DNA of 64,000 nucleotides from Octopus vulgaris (taxonomy: Eukaryota), in NCBI GenBank assembly GCA_951406725.2, contig OX597820.1, positions 34,534,001 through 34,598,000 on the forward strand. The letters are read 5' to 3'. Below the pieces are notes generated by a model. The model saw only the letters and a program-made list of their open reading frames with translations. It was not told the DNA's origin and ran no database searches. Below, in pieces: positions 63,005 through 64,000 of this stretch (the stretch's first letter is position 1; each line of letters begins with the position of its first letter). Made by a program: the position numbers and the translations under genes.

Positions 63005-64000
63005 CAGGGTGCGGTGAATAAACTGTCGTCTAAATTACGCAAAAATGAAAATAACACTGACATCTCATGATACACGTACCAAAATTGCATAATAATATCT
63101 TGAAATACTAAAGAATAAATTTATTCAATAAAATTGCCATTGGCTTCACTACGGCCTCCAGGCGACTTCAGAATCTCCTGCAACTCACCTGGACGGTCTC
63201 CTTGTTTAAGTTGGTGTATGCTGCCATAATCTTTGATGCTGCCATAATCCAGATACTAACGGTGATGTGGTCACAGAAATTGTCTGACAGTCATAACTGG
63301 GTTTTCCTGCTTATGTGGCATGGTGCAGAGTCCTGGTGCCAGACATAGGGTCTTCCAGCAACCACCCTCTTGACTCAGGGCAGCACTATCTCCTCCAGGC
63401 ACTTGATGTAGGCCTCCATATTGAGTTTGAGGCCGTGTGGGAAGATGAATGGAGGCATAACATCGCCATCGGTAGTGATCACTCCAAACACCACGATGTT
63501 GATTGGATGTTTGATTCTTTTCACTCTTGGTACGTGTTTTGGGGACACGGCAAGCAAACGGTTGTTCTGTGTGTTCACCATCTGATCCTGGTAGAAATTT
63601 TTCTCGTCTAAGAAAAACCAAAGCATGTTCGGTTGGAGGGGATGCTTAAGTTTGTTCAAAAGCTTCGTAACGCGGTCTTTCTTCTTGTTCTTGATGGCTT
63701 GAGATAAAAATTGGCACTTTCTCATCTTGCATGGGAAATACCGAATGTTTTCATGTACTACCTACCTAATAAGAAACTCTGACTCTCCTATGTCCCTGGA
63801 GAGACCGTTGTCAATCAAGGCCTGGATCTCACCAACAAATTCAGGAGTTCTTTTCTGATCAGAACGATCAGAATGAGTTTTCCGAGTTTTTATCATTAGA
63901 CTCATCCAACTCTTTCCGAATCCTCTGCACTGTCCTCAGCTTGACACCCAAACACTCTGAAATGTTCGTATTGGGGCTTCTGGCGCGAGTGCCAAGCAGT
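63005..64000 (-). mobile_element. maT (DD37D) transposon, transposase pseudogene, runs off the window
   Basis: TIR cagggtgcggtgaataaactgtc; ORF 63375-63725 with WFFLDEKNF and VVFGVITTDG; frameshifts and deletions. Confidence 0.9.

Overview
Repeat-dense animal genomic DNA. The SINE families and the extreme (TA)n/(TAA)n/(CATA)n load look like a coleoid cephalopod, most likely octopus; this is inference. One real protein-coding gene is recoverable by hand on the minus strand: an adhesion GPCR most similar to ADGRD1/GPR133. It has 16 phase-consistent GT-AG exons from 53493 down to the stop at 5258, about 795 aa, plus one candidate 34-nt exon. These cover the GAIN domain, the GPS (HM|TNFALLM), all 7 TM helices and a long low-complexity C-tail. 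The 5' exons were not found. Nearly all other ORFs in the track are microsatellite or transposon artefacts. The introns hold Meta-domain and tRNA/CORE SINEs, mariner, maT (DD37D), pogo, hAT and Helitron relics, and RTE, CR1, Tx1 and RLE-type LINE fragments. The most unusual signal is about a dozen type I hammerhead-ribozyme-like motifs from several unrelated repeat families, mostly embedded in (TA)n tracts. They include a tandem pair 492 nt apart with retrozyme-like architecture (32887-33734), an inverted pair inside a ~680-nt palindrome (40439-41117), and a 4-copy family of ultra-minimal hammerheads with an extra core A and covarying stem I. All folds were read by eye and need computational and biochemical confirmation.
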